DNA of 64,000 nt from Veleropilina oligotropha (GCA_048128005.1 JBEUKZ010000009.1:248001-312000), one strand, 5' to 3'; counted from the first letter of the stretch, positions 1-13,230 are shown. A program made the numbers and translations. Notes: generated from the sequence alone by a model not told the origin.

Positions 1-23
1 TATAGCGAATATTCCCAAAATAC
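1..23 (-). CDS. RECQL5: Probable start of RECQL5 coding exon 7 (cut by the window edge)
   Basis: Pyrimidine tract plus ctcAG acceptor at 25-24; phase 2 gives (R)YFGNIRY; only 23 nt visible. Confidence 0.45.
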
Positions 24-3000
24 CTGAGAATAAAGGTAAAAGTGATCAATTATGCAAGTTTTTATACTCTACAAACAAATTTCAAAGCAATACCATTTAG
101 CCAATTCAATTAAACCTATCTTTCAGAAAATATATATTTGGTCGATACTTTATTTATCATGTTCATCGCCGGTTGAGGTGCCATATTATAGCAGTGATGC
201 ATTTGAGGCAGTCTGCTTTTTTGTGGTTCGATTAAAATGTTTTGTTGGAGAGGATGCACCAACAGACACTTACCCGATATGTGAACAGTGCACACTGCAA
301 AATGCATGTTCCCGTGTCGCAAGAAAGAGCAAACAAACAGCATAATCGGGCAACAAGAAGTTGAGGAAAAAATAAATACCTGTGTAATAATGTGTGGTTA
401 TTAAATACTTAAATGTTTTGTCACAAGTTATTTTCTTGTTGATGTTTAATTCAAGTTTGATATTTATTTATAGCATAAAATTGCAAAACTGTTAAAACTA
501 GAGGTATAATCCTCATACAGGCCCGCCTTTTGGATATATAAATCCATAGAGAGGAAAATAATCAATAACTCTACATCTTCAAAGTGCACGAAAATGACCT
601 TGACCTTTGACCAAGAGACTCCATCTTTGAACTTGGGCTAGGCCTGATGGTATACAAGGTGCATACCCAAGATGAAAGCTGTAGGTCCAGCGGTAAATCT
701 TCTATGTGACAGAAAGCAATCTTCGAAGTGCCAGAACGGAAATACACGAAAATGACCTTGACCTTTGACCCAGCGACCCCATCTTTGAACTTGGGCTAGG
801 CCTGATGGTATACAAGGTGCATACCCAAGATGAAAGCTGTAGGTCCAGCGGTTCATCTTCTATGTGACAGAAAGCAGTCTTCGAAGTGCCAGAACGGAAA
901 TACACGAAAATGACCTTGACCTTTGACCCAGCGACCCCATCTTTGAACTTGGGCTAGGCCTGATGGTATACAAGGTGCATACCCAAGATGAAAGCTGTAG
1001 GTCCAGCGGTTCATCTTCTATGTGACAGAAAGCAATCTTCGAAGTGCCAGAACGGAAATACACGAAAATGACCTTGACCTTTGACCCAGCGACCCCATCT
1101 TTGAACTTGGGCTAGGCCTGATGGTATACAAGGTGCAGACCCAAGATGAAAGCTGTAGGTCCAGCGGTTCATCTTCTATGTGTCAGAAAGCAATCTTCGA
1201 AGTGCCAGAACGGAAATACACGAAAATGACCTTGACCTTTGACCCAGCGACCCCATCTTTGAACTTGGGCTAGGCCTGATGGTATACAAGGTGCATACCC
1301 AAGATGAAAGCTGTAGGTCCAGCGGTTCATCTTCTATGTGACAGAAAGCAATCTTCGAAATGCCAGAACGGAAATACATGAAAATGACCTTGACCTTTGA
1401 CCCAGCGACCCCATCTTTGAACTTGGGCTAGGCCTGATGGTATATAAGATGTATACCAAATATGAAAGGAGTAAGTCCAGCGGTTCATCTTCTATGTGAC
1501 AGAAAGCATCAGGCGACGGACGGACGCCAGTACACGGCTATAGCCCTGCCTTTAGAAGGCGGGCCAAAAACTAAGTAAAAAAGCCTCCCTCGTCACTTTT
1601 TGCAGCAATATACAAGAAGAAGAAAAAGCCTCCCTCATAACTTTTTTTCAAAAAGTGCCTGAGAATCTAAAAATTATGCAACCTAAAATCAATATCTAGC
1701 CATATGACGATGTTTCGCGCTGTCAACAGTTGTTTTAAATCGAAATTTACATGTTTATAGTACTCGCTTCAGGGACCGATGGAGGCGGCCATCTTGCAAG
1801 CGCAAAATAAGTATCTCACTGGAGGGCTAATAAGCGATTGCAATTGGCTGAAATTCAGCGGGTCGTTGTAAGATAACGTGCTTTAATCGCTTGGCGTTTT
1901 ACAATGCACCCCAGTTAAAACATATGGTATAGAAACACACAAGCAAGGATTAACACCGCTACCTTTTTGCCCCTCTTCGACCCCCTCCATAAAGGCTGTC
2001 GTCTATTTCACCGGAATCGACGACGAACGTCGTGCCGGTGTGGTTCTTGCTGGCCCAGTTAGCATAGGCGCCTTTCTGTAGGTCGCTGAGGTCTTTCTCC
2101 ACACGCTTACTGTTCTTGCACACGTCACAGCTCTTGTTGCACTGCGGTTTGTCGTCTCCGAAATATTTTGCAATCGTCCCATGCCTGCAGCTGTAAAGAG
2201 CCAGGACACATTAATAATCCTGCTAATTTGAACCATTTGACGCCCGTTACATGCTCTTCAGTGTATAAGTTACAGCAAAGCACAATGTCAAAGCTAATAT
2301 AAAATTTATAATCACATAGTGATACACATAATAGCTGACGTGAAACTAAGTAGATATTTATTTCTGCATACACATGTTAGTTGTTCGGTGTGATGACTAT
2401 AGATTGATGACTATTATCCCATCTTACCACCTTTCAGGGTCGTTTATTTGATGGTGAGAGCATCGCCTAGAGAAAAGCACCTGCCATTGAGAGACAACGG
2501 TGATTGTTAATTCAAGAAATTGCCCAAACAAAGATTTGAATCTACTCCTGCCAGACAGAGCAGTCAAGCGACTGAATTGAGACCCAACAGTCTTAACCAC
2601 TACACTACCGGGTGGCCACATGTTATTTTTATTTCAGATTATTTTATAAAATTTCAATAAAAAGTATATCATTATGTAAGATGCATTACAGATCACCAAC
2701 AGATAAACATGACAAAAAACAACATTTGGCGATATCACAATCATCATAATATTTTTTTGCAATCGTTTGAAAATATTTACTTCAATTCCTCACAGTAAGC
2801 GACTAGTGCCTTGAATCCCTCTTCAGATGCTTTTGTGGTCTCTTTTGATGTAGCAATGTCTTTCTGAAAAGGAGAGATTTATATCTTGTTGCTAAATCCT
2901 CATAATTTTATTGTTACATAATATGTATACTATGCCATTTTAGTTTATTAATAAATATTTTGTAAACTAAACTAAACTAACATATATACAGACAAACTTG

Positions 3001-6000
3001 ATTGGAGTTTATTTTCCTGTTTACCGTGGGATCATATTGGAATATTTCATATTACAATCGGAAGAGAGCCAGAAACACTGCTACGGTTCATGGCATTCCT
3101 TATGCATATATTATGGTACACTAGTTGTCAGCAAAAATTTAAATTAATCAAACATTTATTATTTCAAGTTATTTATAATTCATCATGGCATTATGATGAA
3201 CGCGTCATACTAGATAGTTATTATTTTTGTCAGTATTAAACAATAGACCGTGGCTACGAGTATAGAACCATGTGTTTAGACCGAAAGGTTACAAGTATGA
3301 AATGGTTTAAAACTCCACTGGTTAAAGGCCTAACTTGACTGATAAATCTGAAGCAGCTTCAATCCGGAGAAGAAAAATTATTGTTGAATCAGAGCAGAGA
3401 GGGCACGGATTGGTGCTATTACAAAGGAGGTGGTATGTGAAGTCAAAAACACTTATTTCGGAAGAGGTTTGGATTGTTGATCAATTTCGTCCGAATCTAC
3501 AACCCTGGGAAATATCGTTCCTTAACAAAATTATGCTGATTTATAACAACACATGAAATATGTACAGTAAATGATCTCCCCTGTTGCTCACTATGTATCT
3601 AGATGATTCCTGCTTGATCAGAAATGCCACGGTGTTTCGCTCGTGCCGAGAGTAGTACAGCCGACAGCGTGACGGTTTTCCGTCGCGTCCCGCTCTCCCC
3701 GACTCCTGGTAGTATCCTGCCATGGACTTTGGGATATTCCAGTGGGCGACAAATCTAAAAGCAACGATAAATATATATATATATATATAATACTATCTGT
3801 TCTTTGTGTATATTGTTCAATTTTCACATCTATATCCATATTCTCATGGAATGAAAGCCTGGCTTACCAAATGAAACTCACCCACCATACATATGGTCAC
3901 TTCTGAACCACTGTGACTGTTAACTCCTTGGTTCAAAGCAGGACATGTCCATATTATCGCGAGAATAAAGCCTGTTGGGAAACCTGCCCTCTCCGTCGTC
4001 TCCGACCAGTTACGGACAACTGTGACTCATAACTAGAACCAATGATGTCATGTCCCAACCGAGGTTCGAACCCCCTACTGTTCGTGTCAGCGGAATCAAG
4101 CCAGTGATTTTTCGGAGTCCACAACCGAAAGCACACAACTGTCGGAGCGGTTTCCGAGGATGGATCTCATTCCTGCGAGGCAAAACAGTCAGCAGGAGTG
4201 AATTTGGAGCAGTGCAGTAACCCATTTGCTCGTATTTAATTATTACACCTAAATGCTCCATGAATCTTCTTATTATGCGGCGTAGATTACCTGACGTTTG
4301 CCTTGTCGACGCCCATACCGAAGCTGATCGTGGCTACGATGACCGGCACGCGTCCATGCATCCAGTCGAGGTGGGCCTCTGACCGCTTGTTCGCATTTAG
4401 ACCGGCATGGTAGACCTTAGCGGGCACACCCTTGCTTGATAAGATGCCTGCCACTTCATCGCATCCATCTCTCGTTCGGCAGTATACGATGCCACAGCCT
4501 AGGTCATTCTAAAACAAGAAAATGCAACCGCATTTATCGATTATTCTATTACAAATATTTATGTTTAACTTTTGTATAATTTGTAATTATGTTGTATATG
4601 TACAAATTAAATTTACTTAGTTTACATTAAATTATTTGTATTATACATCCAGCATACCTCAATATACTGCAGTAATTGCTTTTTAAACTAAGGATCTTTA
4701 CATACGTGTATCTACACAGTAGTGCACCACCCTATATACTCGTCGAGTCGTCGTTATAATCGCTGTTGTCAGTTTCTGATGGTGAATTGATGTTTAATGA
4801 CCACACCATCAGTATTTCAGTCATAAATTGGGTCAATCAATTTTGAATGATGATATGAATTGGTGCTGTGTGAAATGGAAGCAGTGATCATGGGAAAAAT
4901 CTTCCGCACTCCCAGGGTTTGATCTCAGGACCCTCCGTTAGTAGACCATCACCATATCACACTAATTTCTACATTTATTAATGTTCAGTTCAGGAAATAC
5001 AGACATGGAATGCATACTGCAGACATGACAAAAATTAGTGCCTGGCCTGATTCCATTATTGACTGTTTTAAAGAGCAAGATTTGCAGTTAGATAACATAA
5101 AATGCAAAAGAGGATTCAACAATAACAGCTAAATCACTGGATAGTCACCGTCGACGTTTCTTACCCAGTTGCCGTCCTCTGGAACTCCACCGAGAGCGGA
5201 GAGGCAAAATGACTTTAGGTCTTCATTAGGGTCCCCAAGTAACTCCTTAAGGCAGACCTCGTAGTAAAGGTTCCACCTGAAACAGCTAGTCTTAAATTTC
5301 TGAACAGCTTTCAGTTTTAAAGCCTTGTAAATGTCCTCGACAACTTTTGCTGTGGCCGTGGCGGTTAAAGCCACACATGGAATGGTTCCAAGTTTTTCAT
5401 GGAGCTGACCTAATTTCAGATAATCTGGACGAAAGTCATGTCCCCACTGCGATACGCAGTGGGCTTCATCTACAACAAAATAACGTAGCAGGTCTTTAGA
5501 AAGTAACGTGTCAACAAGTTCTCGAAAACTGTCTGTTGCTGCTTGTTCCGGAGTTATGTAAAGAAGTTTAGTTTCAGGTTTTTTGCTATTTAAATCACTC
5601 AGCACTCGTTTACGCTCCTTGGCAGTTAGTTTTGAGTTCAGGGTTTCTGCAGGAATGCCCAATTCTTCAAGATGTTCCAGCTGATCTTGCATAAGAGCTA
5701 TCAAAGGGGAGATAACCAATGTGATTCCATTGCTGACTACGGCAGGAAGCTGGTAGCACAACGATTTTCCAGCACCGGTTGGCATAGAAACAAAGACATC
5801 ATCTTTGCCTGAAACATGAAAAGACATTCATAAAATAACAAGCATCATTAGTTGCAGTTACTATACCAAGCCGATAGTAATATTTTAAAATTATTATATA
5901 AAATATTTGAAACAAATATTTTTGTCTAAAATAAATAGAATTATTCATAAATCATACTAAATTGTTTGCCTTGTATTATAACATTAGGCAATATCAAAAT

Positions 6001-9000
6001 CTATCTACACTGTAACACATGTATAAACAAGATACATATTCCTTGATCATTATGAATTCAAGCACTTTCAATGATGTTCAAACAGATCCATCAGCTTGGT
6101 AAATGTAATATATAGCCATTTATCATACACAAGCAATATTAATGTTTATCTTGTGAGACGTTCGTCTGCTCTGGACAGCAGACTTCATCAAACTGGTCGA
6201 GTACCCGGTCGCATAGGTGTGAGATCTCGAGCCCCCCCCCCCCCCTCCAGTCTCGATTGCGTTGTAATCTTTATTTGGATCTTTCGGTCTACAGAAAGGA
6301 CACACACACAAACCAGTATTTAAACTTCAAATCCCATCACCCACTCCATCAAAAACTTGGAGGAGGAGGAATTATGCTTAATGTCCTGTATATTTATAAC
6401 ATCGAGGTTCAAGGCAGGACATGTCCGTGTTATCCCTACGCAACTTATTGGTGTCTCCGACCGATAAAATTCCTCCCGAACAACACTGTGAATGCCAGTA
6501 CATCGGCGAATCAGGTCGCACATTAAAGACCCGCATCGACGAGCATAAGAACTCCTTTTAGGATCACACCTATTTCTCAGCTATCCCGGAACACGTGATC
6601 ACCTCTGCACACAATGTCGATTGCGATTCAGTCAAGATCATCGACAGGGAATCCAATGACATTTCACGCAAGTTGAGAGAGGCCATACACATCAGGTGAA
6701 AGAAACCACAACTCAACTGAGATGGAGGGCTCGAGATCTCACACATATACGACCGGGTACTCGATCGTGCTGCCACCTAGCGATCGTGTTCGGACTTCAG
6801 TCTGCTGTCCAGAGCAGACGAAAGTCTCACAATGTAAACAATTAATATTGGTTGTGTACAGTAAGATAAATGGCTATATACTTTCAATGATATTAGTTTA
6901 ATATTACAGTCCTTTTAAGCACTCTATAATTTGCTTATCGATATTGCGAAATGTATTATTGCAAATATTGGAAAAACATTCGGATCTTGAAGAATTCATA
7001 CCAATAACGTAGGTACATACAAATTGTCAATAGAACCGGATTCTTAAATTTCATATATGCTGGGATTATTTTTAGAATTTCATGAGCTGCAGTAATATTT
7101 TATTTATTGTAAATTAATGTTAGTGTCACTGTCAATGGATAAGGTATGTGAACGTCTGTTTGACATGCTTTTAAAAAATTTAAAACAAAAGCACTGCACA
7201 CCGCATGTAATGTATTTTATTAATATACGAGTCTCGTACTGAAAATAGCATGTCGTCTGCTTCTTGATCTTCGGTAAACTCCACGAAACACGGTGGAGTT
7301 GCAGAATCGCAACGAGTCAAAACAAGACAAAGATCAAAGCATTATTTTGTCTCAGAGTGCTAGTCTCTAGCATATAAGTTACTTCTTGCATGTCTGTCAA
7401 TGGAATGACCATTCAAATTTAAGTCACATGATTTCCACATATTTTAGGTGTCTTTTTGTGACTTCCATGATATCATAGTACTCTCACTCGATACACTGCA
7501 AATGACAGCCATTAGAGTGCGGGTCACAAAATCTGTTGAACTATTGTTTGAGCACATATATCTTATTTTTCATAAATATGTATATCTGTAAGTGTAATTT
7601 TTCGATACAGGGTCCTTTATGATTTGTAGTGGATCATGTGGATTGGGGGAGTAATGCGCTATATACACTCCAGTAATGCTGACGATCGGCACTGAGAAAG
7701 ATCTTAATAGTCTCAGTTATTGCACTGCTGATCTTCCCATCTCGTAGATTCCAGTCGATTGTTCACTTGGGAAGAATGAATTTTTTAACTGTTTGATCAT
7801 TACCTGATTTATTCTGAAACCTCTGCTGTGTTTACATGAGTGTTTTAAAGTAAGACTATATAATATTCTGTATCTGTATCTGTTGACATAATCTGCGATG
7901 GACCATAAGGTCTGTCCCACAGATGGATGGGATGCGTGCGATGAATAGACTAAACGGGTTGATTCAGATGATAGATAATCTGATAGTTGTTGTTTAAATT
8001 TTTCAGTTGATTTTGCATTTACTATGTGGGCGGGAAGACTATTCCATTCCGGGACGGACCATTGTGCAATGGCGTTTTTGTCAACGTTGCCTCTGGGCTG
8101 GTACCTTTGCAGCTTGGTGCTGTTGTTCCCCCTTTTTTAGATCTATTTTCATTGAAGAAAGTTTCCTTTGGTATGGCTACCTCTCCTCTGAAGATGCGAA
8201 ATACCATCGTCAGTCGTGCAGACATCCGTCGCTTTTCCAGTGAATCCCATTGCAGCGATGAAATCATGCTTGTTACGCTACTGGTTTGATGGTTGTCATT
8301 ACAGACATAACGGGCTGCTCTACGTTGTATCCACTCTATCTTCTTAACTTCCTTCTTGGTATGGGGGTCTCATACCGATACACAGTACTCCAGATTGGGT
8401 CGTACCAAAGCCATGTCAGCTGTTCGCTTAATGAGACGGGCCATACTTCTGGTGTTGCGTCTTATGAAACCCAATTTTTGGTTTGCTTTCTTGACATCGA
8501 ATCAATGTTCTTGGACCATTTAAAATCGTCGCTGAGGAGTATTTCGAAATATTTGTGTGTTTGAGTGTGACCTAATTTTGTGCCATGTAGTGAGTAACTG
8601 CTAGTGATGAATTTTCTGGTGGTGGAGAAGCGGAGGACAAAACACTTGGTTGCGTTAAATTCCATTTGCCATAGATTTGTCCATTTGTTGAGTGTATCTA
8701 GGTCTTTTTGTAGTTGTACTGTGTCTGTGTCTTCAACAATTTCTCTATAGAGAACGCAGTCATCGCAAATAGCCATACCTTACATGTTATACTATCAGGC
8801 AGAACATTTATATACAGGATGAAAAGAAGTGGTCCCATCACCGTTCCTTGTGGCACTCCTGATATTACTGGAACAGGGGTTGACTTTTCACCTTCCAATG
8901 CCACGGACTGGGTCCTCATTGTCAAGAAAGATCGGATCCATTTTAGCGTATTATTTCTAATGCCATAATGGTCCAACTTCTTCTGCAGTCTCTCATGTGG

Positions 9001-10883
9001 GACCTTGTTAAAGGCTTTGGTCAAGTCTAAAACTATCATGTCCACTTGCTTTCGTTTGGTAAATGAGGCAGACAAGTCATGGGTAGTCATTAGGAGTTGT
9101 GTTTCACAAGTGGCGTGCTCGGAAACAGTGTTGTAGTGGAGACAGGATACTATTGTTATCTATGTGTTTCATGATTTCAGAGATGATGATATGTTCCAGA
9201 GTTTTGCAGATGATACAGGTCAGTGATACTGGGCGGTAGTTTTCAGCTCTGGTTTTGTCGCCTTTCTATGTATGGGTACAATGTTTGCTGTTCTCCAATC
9301 CTGTGGTAGAGTACCAACTTCGAGGGACTGGTTAAATACGTGTGTTATAAATATAACCCCACTTGTCTGATGCAAGTTCTTTTAATACCTTGCCAGGTAT
9401 TTCATCTGGACCTGCGGCTTTGTTTGCATTGAGATTTAGTAGGAGTTTTTCGGCCCCTTTCTGGTGTACCTAGATATTTGACATGTTGTTGTATTTCTGA
9501 GACGTAATAGTAGGAATATTTGAGGTCTTCACTTGTGAATACCCCTTAAAATTGATTTCCAAGAATGTTGGCTTTATCCTTGCTGCCGGACCGCAGTATT
9601 CCTCTTTCATCACGTAGCTGTTGTACACCTTGGGAGTCTTTCTTCAATTTCTTCACATAACTATAAAATGCTTTAGGGTTCTCATTTATGCTGTTTCTGA
9701 TGATTTCATTTACATACTTCAGCTGAGCCTTCTTGAGATCTTTTTTAATTTCTTTCCGCATATGCTCTTTTTGTTAATCCTGATCTTTCTCTGTATATTC
9801 TTAGTGATGTAAGGGAGGTTGAATCTTGGACTACTCATTTTCGATGGTATGAACGATTCCATGATATTGAGGAATATAGTTTTGATCACCTGCCAATTTT
9901 CCTCCACTGTTCTTAGCTGTGGTTCATTCTCGAAATACTCCTGGGTGAAGATTTTCATTTAGTCTTTCATTTTGGCAAAATCAGCTTGCTCGAATTTACA
10001 TATTTTGTGTGGTTTAATGTTCTGAATTTTGCCTGTTACTGTAAAGCTGACTGACATGTGCGCTGGTGTCATGGTCACTAATGCCAGGGATTGGTTTCAC
10101 AGTTTCAATAAGTGTGATGTTATTGATAAAACAATAATAAGTCAAGTGCGTTTCCTTTACGTGTGGGGAAATTCACAATTTACTCTAGACAGTTTTCTTC
10201 GGTGGTATTAAGTAACATGTTGCAATATGTCTCACAGTCCTGGTATGTTCTTTGACTGTATGGTTTGATAGAATTGTCATGCCATCTGATATCAGGCAAG
10301 TTAAAGTCACCAGCTAGAACTTTGGTAGCATCCGGTGGTAAATTTCTTTATCGATTCGTCCAGTCGACTAGGCATATTGGCATTGACGAAGTCACTAAAA
10401 TCTTTGGGCATATCCTATAGGCCTACCCTTCCCTTGCTGAAGTGAGAAAGACCTGTGAAAGGCTGGCACCGTGCTTTTGATCCCCTTTAGCCATGTTAGG
10501 GGTCTTTCATTGTTTATTTAATCAAAATATTTAGGCCCACACTATAGAACTTTATCATAATATGTCATTTTCATTTGTGTCAGGTGTCCTTGACATTCAT
10601 TGTGTAGATTTAATATATATCAAAACGAATATTTATTCTACATAATATATTGAATCTATGAGAATCGATGTTTTTGCATATTACTTCAAACTCGGAAAGT
10701 GGTTGCGTCTGGTAAATCGGAAAGTTCCGAAATCAAGAATCTGATTTCAATTTATATGGCACCATCTAACTTACCAGCCAAAATAGCTTTAATTGCACGT
10801 TTTTGAAGGGATGATTTAAAGTCATCATGTTTAAATATACTTTTGAGTATTACGGATAACCTATCATTTTCATTTATGCTCAT
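1..10883 (-). CDS. RECQL5: RecQ5-like ATP-dependent DNA helicase gene, 5' part: join(10883..10775, 5808..5165, 4508..4291, 3754..3592, 2863..2781, 2190..1963, probably 23..<1); continues beyond the left edge
   Basis: Spliced translation gives [14 protein letters not shown] (Walker A), [19 protein letters not shown] (DEAH plus RecQ aromatic loop), [47 protein letters not shown], Zn motif CRH..C..CDVC and LYGGGRRG, colinear with RECQL5 as I recall it; all introns GT-AG with matching phases. Confidence 0.93.
496..1570 (-). mobile_element. Non-autonomous Helentron-associated (HINE-like) element carrying a 158-bp satellite array
   Basis: One end has a GACG microsatellite and stem-loop GCCCTGCCTT-TAG-AAGGCGGGC next to an A-run; the other end TAGAGGTATAATCCTCATACAGGCCCGCCTTT recurs inverted at ~41497-41529; internal TGACCTTGACCTTTGACC repeats. 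Confidence 0.7.
588..1508. repeat. 158-bp tandem repeat, about 5.8 near-identical units
   Basis: Directly visible; repeated ORFs start at 702, 860 and 1176 (period 158). Confidence 0.97.
1963..2190 (-). CDS. RECQL5: RECQL5 coding exon 6 (RecQ Zn-binding domain)
   Basis: tttac[29 protein letters not shown]...[11 protein letters not shown]; donor AG|GTAGCG. Confidence 0.9.
2400..2618 (-). mobile_element. Decayed tRNA-derived SINE
   Basis: Minus strand begins GGCCACCCGGTAGTGTAGTGGTT (A box) with a later AGATTCAAATC (B-box-like). Confidence 0.5.
2781..2863 (-). CDS. RECQL5: RECQL5 coding exon 5
   Basis: ttttc[40 protein letters not shown] (compare FDALVTFCEEL of RECQL5). Confidence 0.88.
3592..3754 (-). 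CDS. RECQL5: RECQL5 coding exon 4 (helicase motif VI)
   Basis: tttt[46 protein letters not shown]. Confidence 0.93.
3930..4152 (-). mobile_element. Diverged copy of the main SINE family
   Basis: Shares GCAGGACATGTCC, CGGACAACTGTG and GGTTCGAACCCC blocks with 35606-35861. Confidence 0.75.
4291..4508 (-). CDS. RECQL5: RECQL5 coding exon 3 (helicase C-terminal domain)
   Basis: tttt[33 protein letters not shown]...YHAGL...[18 protein letters not shown]. Confidence 0.93.
5165..5808 (-). CDS. RECQL5: RECQL5 coding exon 2 (helicase ATP-binding domain)
   Basis: Acceptor tttcAG|GC, donor TGG|GTAAG; ORF 5129..5827 carries Walker A, DEAH and TATA motifs. Confidence 0.95.
6108..6880 (+). mobile_element. 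Penelope-like retroelement 3' fragment (RT C-terminus plus GIY-YIG endonuclease) with inverted pLTR
   Basis: [56 protein letters not shown]; 6108-6235 is the imperfect reverse complement of 6727-6880. Confidence 0.88.
6359..6434 (-). mobile_element. Truncated 3' piece of the main SINE inside the Penelope fragment
   Basis: Matches 51317-51390 (GGAGGAGGAATTATGCTTAATGTCCTG...GTGTTATC). Confidence 0.8.
7990..10330 (-). pseudogene. Degenerate CR1/L2-group LINE ORF2 (APE endonuclease plus RT) in RECQL5 intron 1
   Basis: [12 protein letters not shown] and PGISDHD (APE); [47 protein letters not shown]; several frameshifts and stops. Confidence 0.9.
10775..10883 (-). CDS. RECQL5: RECQL5 coding exon 1 ([37 protein letters not shown])
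   Basis: gccaaaATG context with in-frame upstream TGA; donor G|GTAAGT, phase 1 matches exon 2; resembles the RecQ5 N-terminal LKKVFGFDSFK..LQ segment; not in the ORF track. Confidence 0.85.
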
Positions 10884-12442
10884 TTTGGCAGCTAAATTTG
10901 TAAAAACATTGCAGACTTGTCAAAGCCTCGATCTCGATGAAGGAAGTCACCTATCCGATTTGAGCAGTACCAGCAAAACATTGTAAAGTGATGACATATG
11001 GGTATTTTCAAATTGCCCTATAAGTTGTTCAGATGAGACTCGTAAATTTTCTAAATTTTGTGACATATCGAGTGACTAACAAGTGATCATAGGCCTATAT
11101 ATATTGCAAAGGATATCCAAATTCTAGAACAAGTGCAAAGAAAAGACACAAAATTGATAAGCGAATTGGAAGGGCAATTATAAGATCACAACGTTGACTT
11201 CAAGGATATGAGAAACACGCTACCGTAGGCCTACTGGTGCGTCTTTTTACTCAAATATATATATATACACTCAAATATACTCAAATAATCATATATCCAA
11301 TCAAATAAAGTGATGTACACGTACAAAAGACGTAAGAATATCAAGTTAACCCCTCTACATTAAAAATGTTTAACATTTGAACTAGAACTTTCGAAATAAT
11401 AAAATATTTGACAACAGAATGCCAAACGCAACAATGGAATATAAGAGCGACATAGTCTGAAACCCATAAATGGATGAAGACGATGATGATATAATTCTAA
11501 AACTAACTTTGCATTTACGAAATACTATGATATTACAGAGTGCAAACGCGCTTCTAATACAATCATGCCATCAGTATTTCTACTCAGCCAGAAATGGATT
11601 CGGAAACAGGGGTAACGAATTCGCAAAACTGGTAAAAATGATAATAATCAGTCGTGCTAAATCACCGATTTTAATAATTATTTAGCCTTTCTGGATATCT
11701 TAGATATATCCAACGCGACTATGGGTCAATTGCTAACATATGTCGTGCGTTTTACATGTCCAGAACGGACAGGTGAATTAGATAATTATCGTGTCAGTGG
11801 TCAGTGATTTCGATAAAAGGTGTCCCAATTCGCTCGTTGCGTTACCTGTATTTTAATTGTGTGGGCATTTCTTCAGGATATGATGTACTTTTTTCATTTT
11901 AGAGATAACATTTAATAAATATGCATCTCCTATGTACATATATATTACCTTATTTTAATAGATTTACGTTTATTTGAGTAAAAAGAAGCACCGGTGTTTC
12001 AGGAATTTAAAACGTTCTTAAGAAGAGACAAGAAATGTTGATAGAATAGTTCTTTTTCCGATGAACCAATGATATATAATGGAACATAAATATAACCTTA
12101 CATAAAAGATCAGGACAGATGTCAGAAAACACATATTTTGTTCAAATCGGTTGTGGATGAATGGTCCATTGGAATCAATATATGTAAACCAACTTTAAAA
12201 TTGCAGAACAGGTTATAGATGACAATGGAAATTCAATGAGTTTAGACATACCTATGAATGACAGTAATGCACTTTCTACTTCCAAAATAATGTACATGTA
12301 TTCAATTTAAAACGTGCGAAATCCAGTGCACTTGCTTATAACATATGACATAGACGATATATTGTAAAAAAAAAAAATTATTTAGCACAGAAATGATTAT
12401 ATCTCCGACTTTGTTGTGCAACACTGGTGAGCATTTACGTAT

Positions 12443-12592
12443 AGGTTACTAACCGAGTTGGAGGTATTCATCGATTTGAAAGACCTGCGCCCGTGCGGAT
12501 CGTGATACCGAGACCGCGAAGCGGTTGAGGTGTTACCGCACGGAAGCAGGTCTTTCAAATCGATGAATACCGACTAACGAGGTTTGTAACCG
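12443..12592. repeat. Long imperfect palindrome, probable end of a non-autonomous element
   Basis: GGTATTCATCGATTTGAAAGACCTGC ... GCAGGTCTTTCAAATCGATGAATACC around a central CCGCGAAGCGG. Confidence 0.85.
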
Positions 12593-12832
12593 ACTTACAC
12601 AACGGCAAATTAGCTCCTTTGTTGTCGATTTCTCTTGTGATCAGCTTTAGCCGTCTTGCGCGGACGCAGGTCGGTATAGTGAAAAGTAGGGCGGTATGGA
12701 TATACTGTACCACCCTACTTTTGAATCGTCATTGAAAACAAGGTGTTCACGCTGAATACCAACCTCTTCAAAACAAAAGAGCCGTTGTGTAACGGTTATT
12801 ATTGCCACTCATGTTACACAAGGCCATCGGAA

Positions 12833-12957
12833 GCGGCCAGGCCAGACAGGCTAATAGGCGGCCAGGCCAGACAGGCTAATAGGCGGCCAGGCCAGACAGG
12901 CTAATAGGCGGCCAGGCCAGACAGGCTAATAGGCGGCCAGACCAGACAGGCTAATAG
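12833..12957. repeat. 25-bp minisatellite x5 (GCGGCCAGGCCAGACAGGCTAATAG)
   Basis: Directly visible. Confidence 0.95.
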
Positions 12958-13230
12958 GTGAGCGGCTGATCAAGTAAATGAGGCGTATTTTGGGAGTGTA
13001 ATCAACCAGTTGTACACAAAGCAACAACATGCCTTAAAGGCCGGACAAACTTTTGGCTCAGTTTCACGGGAAACGGAGAGGGCGTGGCTAGACCAGCCAC
13101 TGCATTGTATCAGCAAACAATACCTGAGCGCGAAGGTGTGAACAGTCATTATGCTAGTTAACTTATAATAAGATTCAACTTTGATTTCTGCAATCAGAGC
13201 AAAACAGACAACTGCCTTGAAGTTATAGGT

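Noticed and set aside
52..345. Short Cys-containing ORFs on both strands
   Set aside because: Inside a RECQL5 intron, with no fitting splice phases or recognisable domain
588..1508. CRISPR array, or repeated 67-aa ORFs
   Set aside because: Head-to-tail units with no unique spacers in an animal intron; the ORFs are by-products of the repeat
1963..10883. RecQ helicase as cargo of an AcademH transposon
   Set aside because: It has spliceosomal introns and RECQL5-like sequence, and the nearby Academ relic is the XPG type with no linking termini
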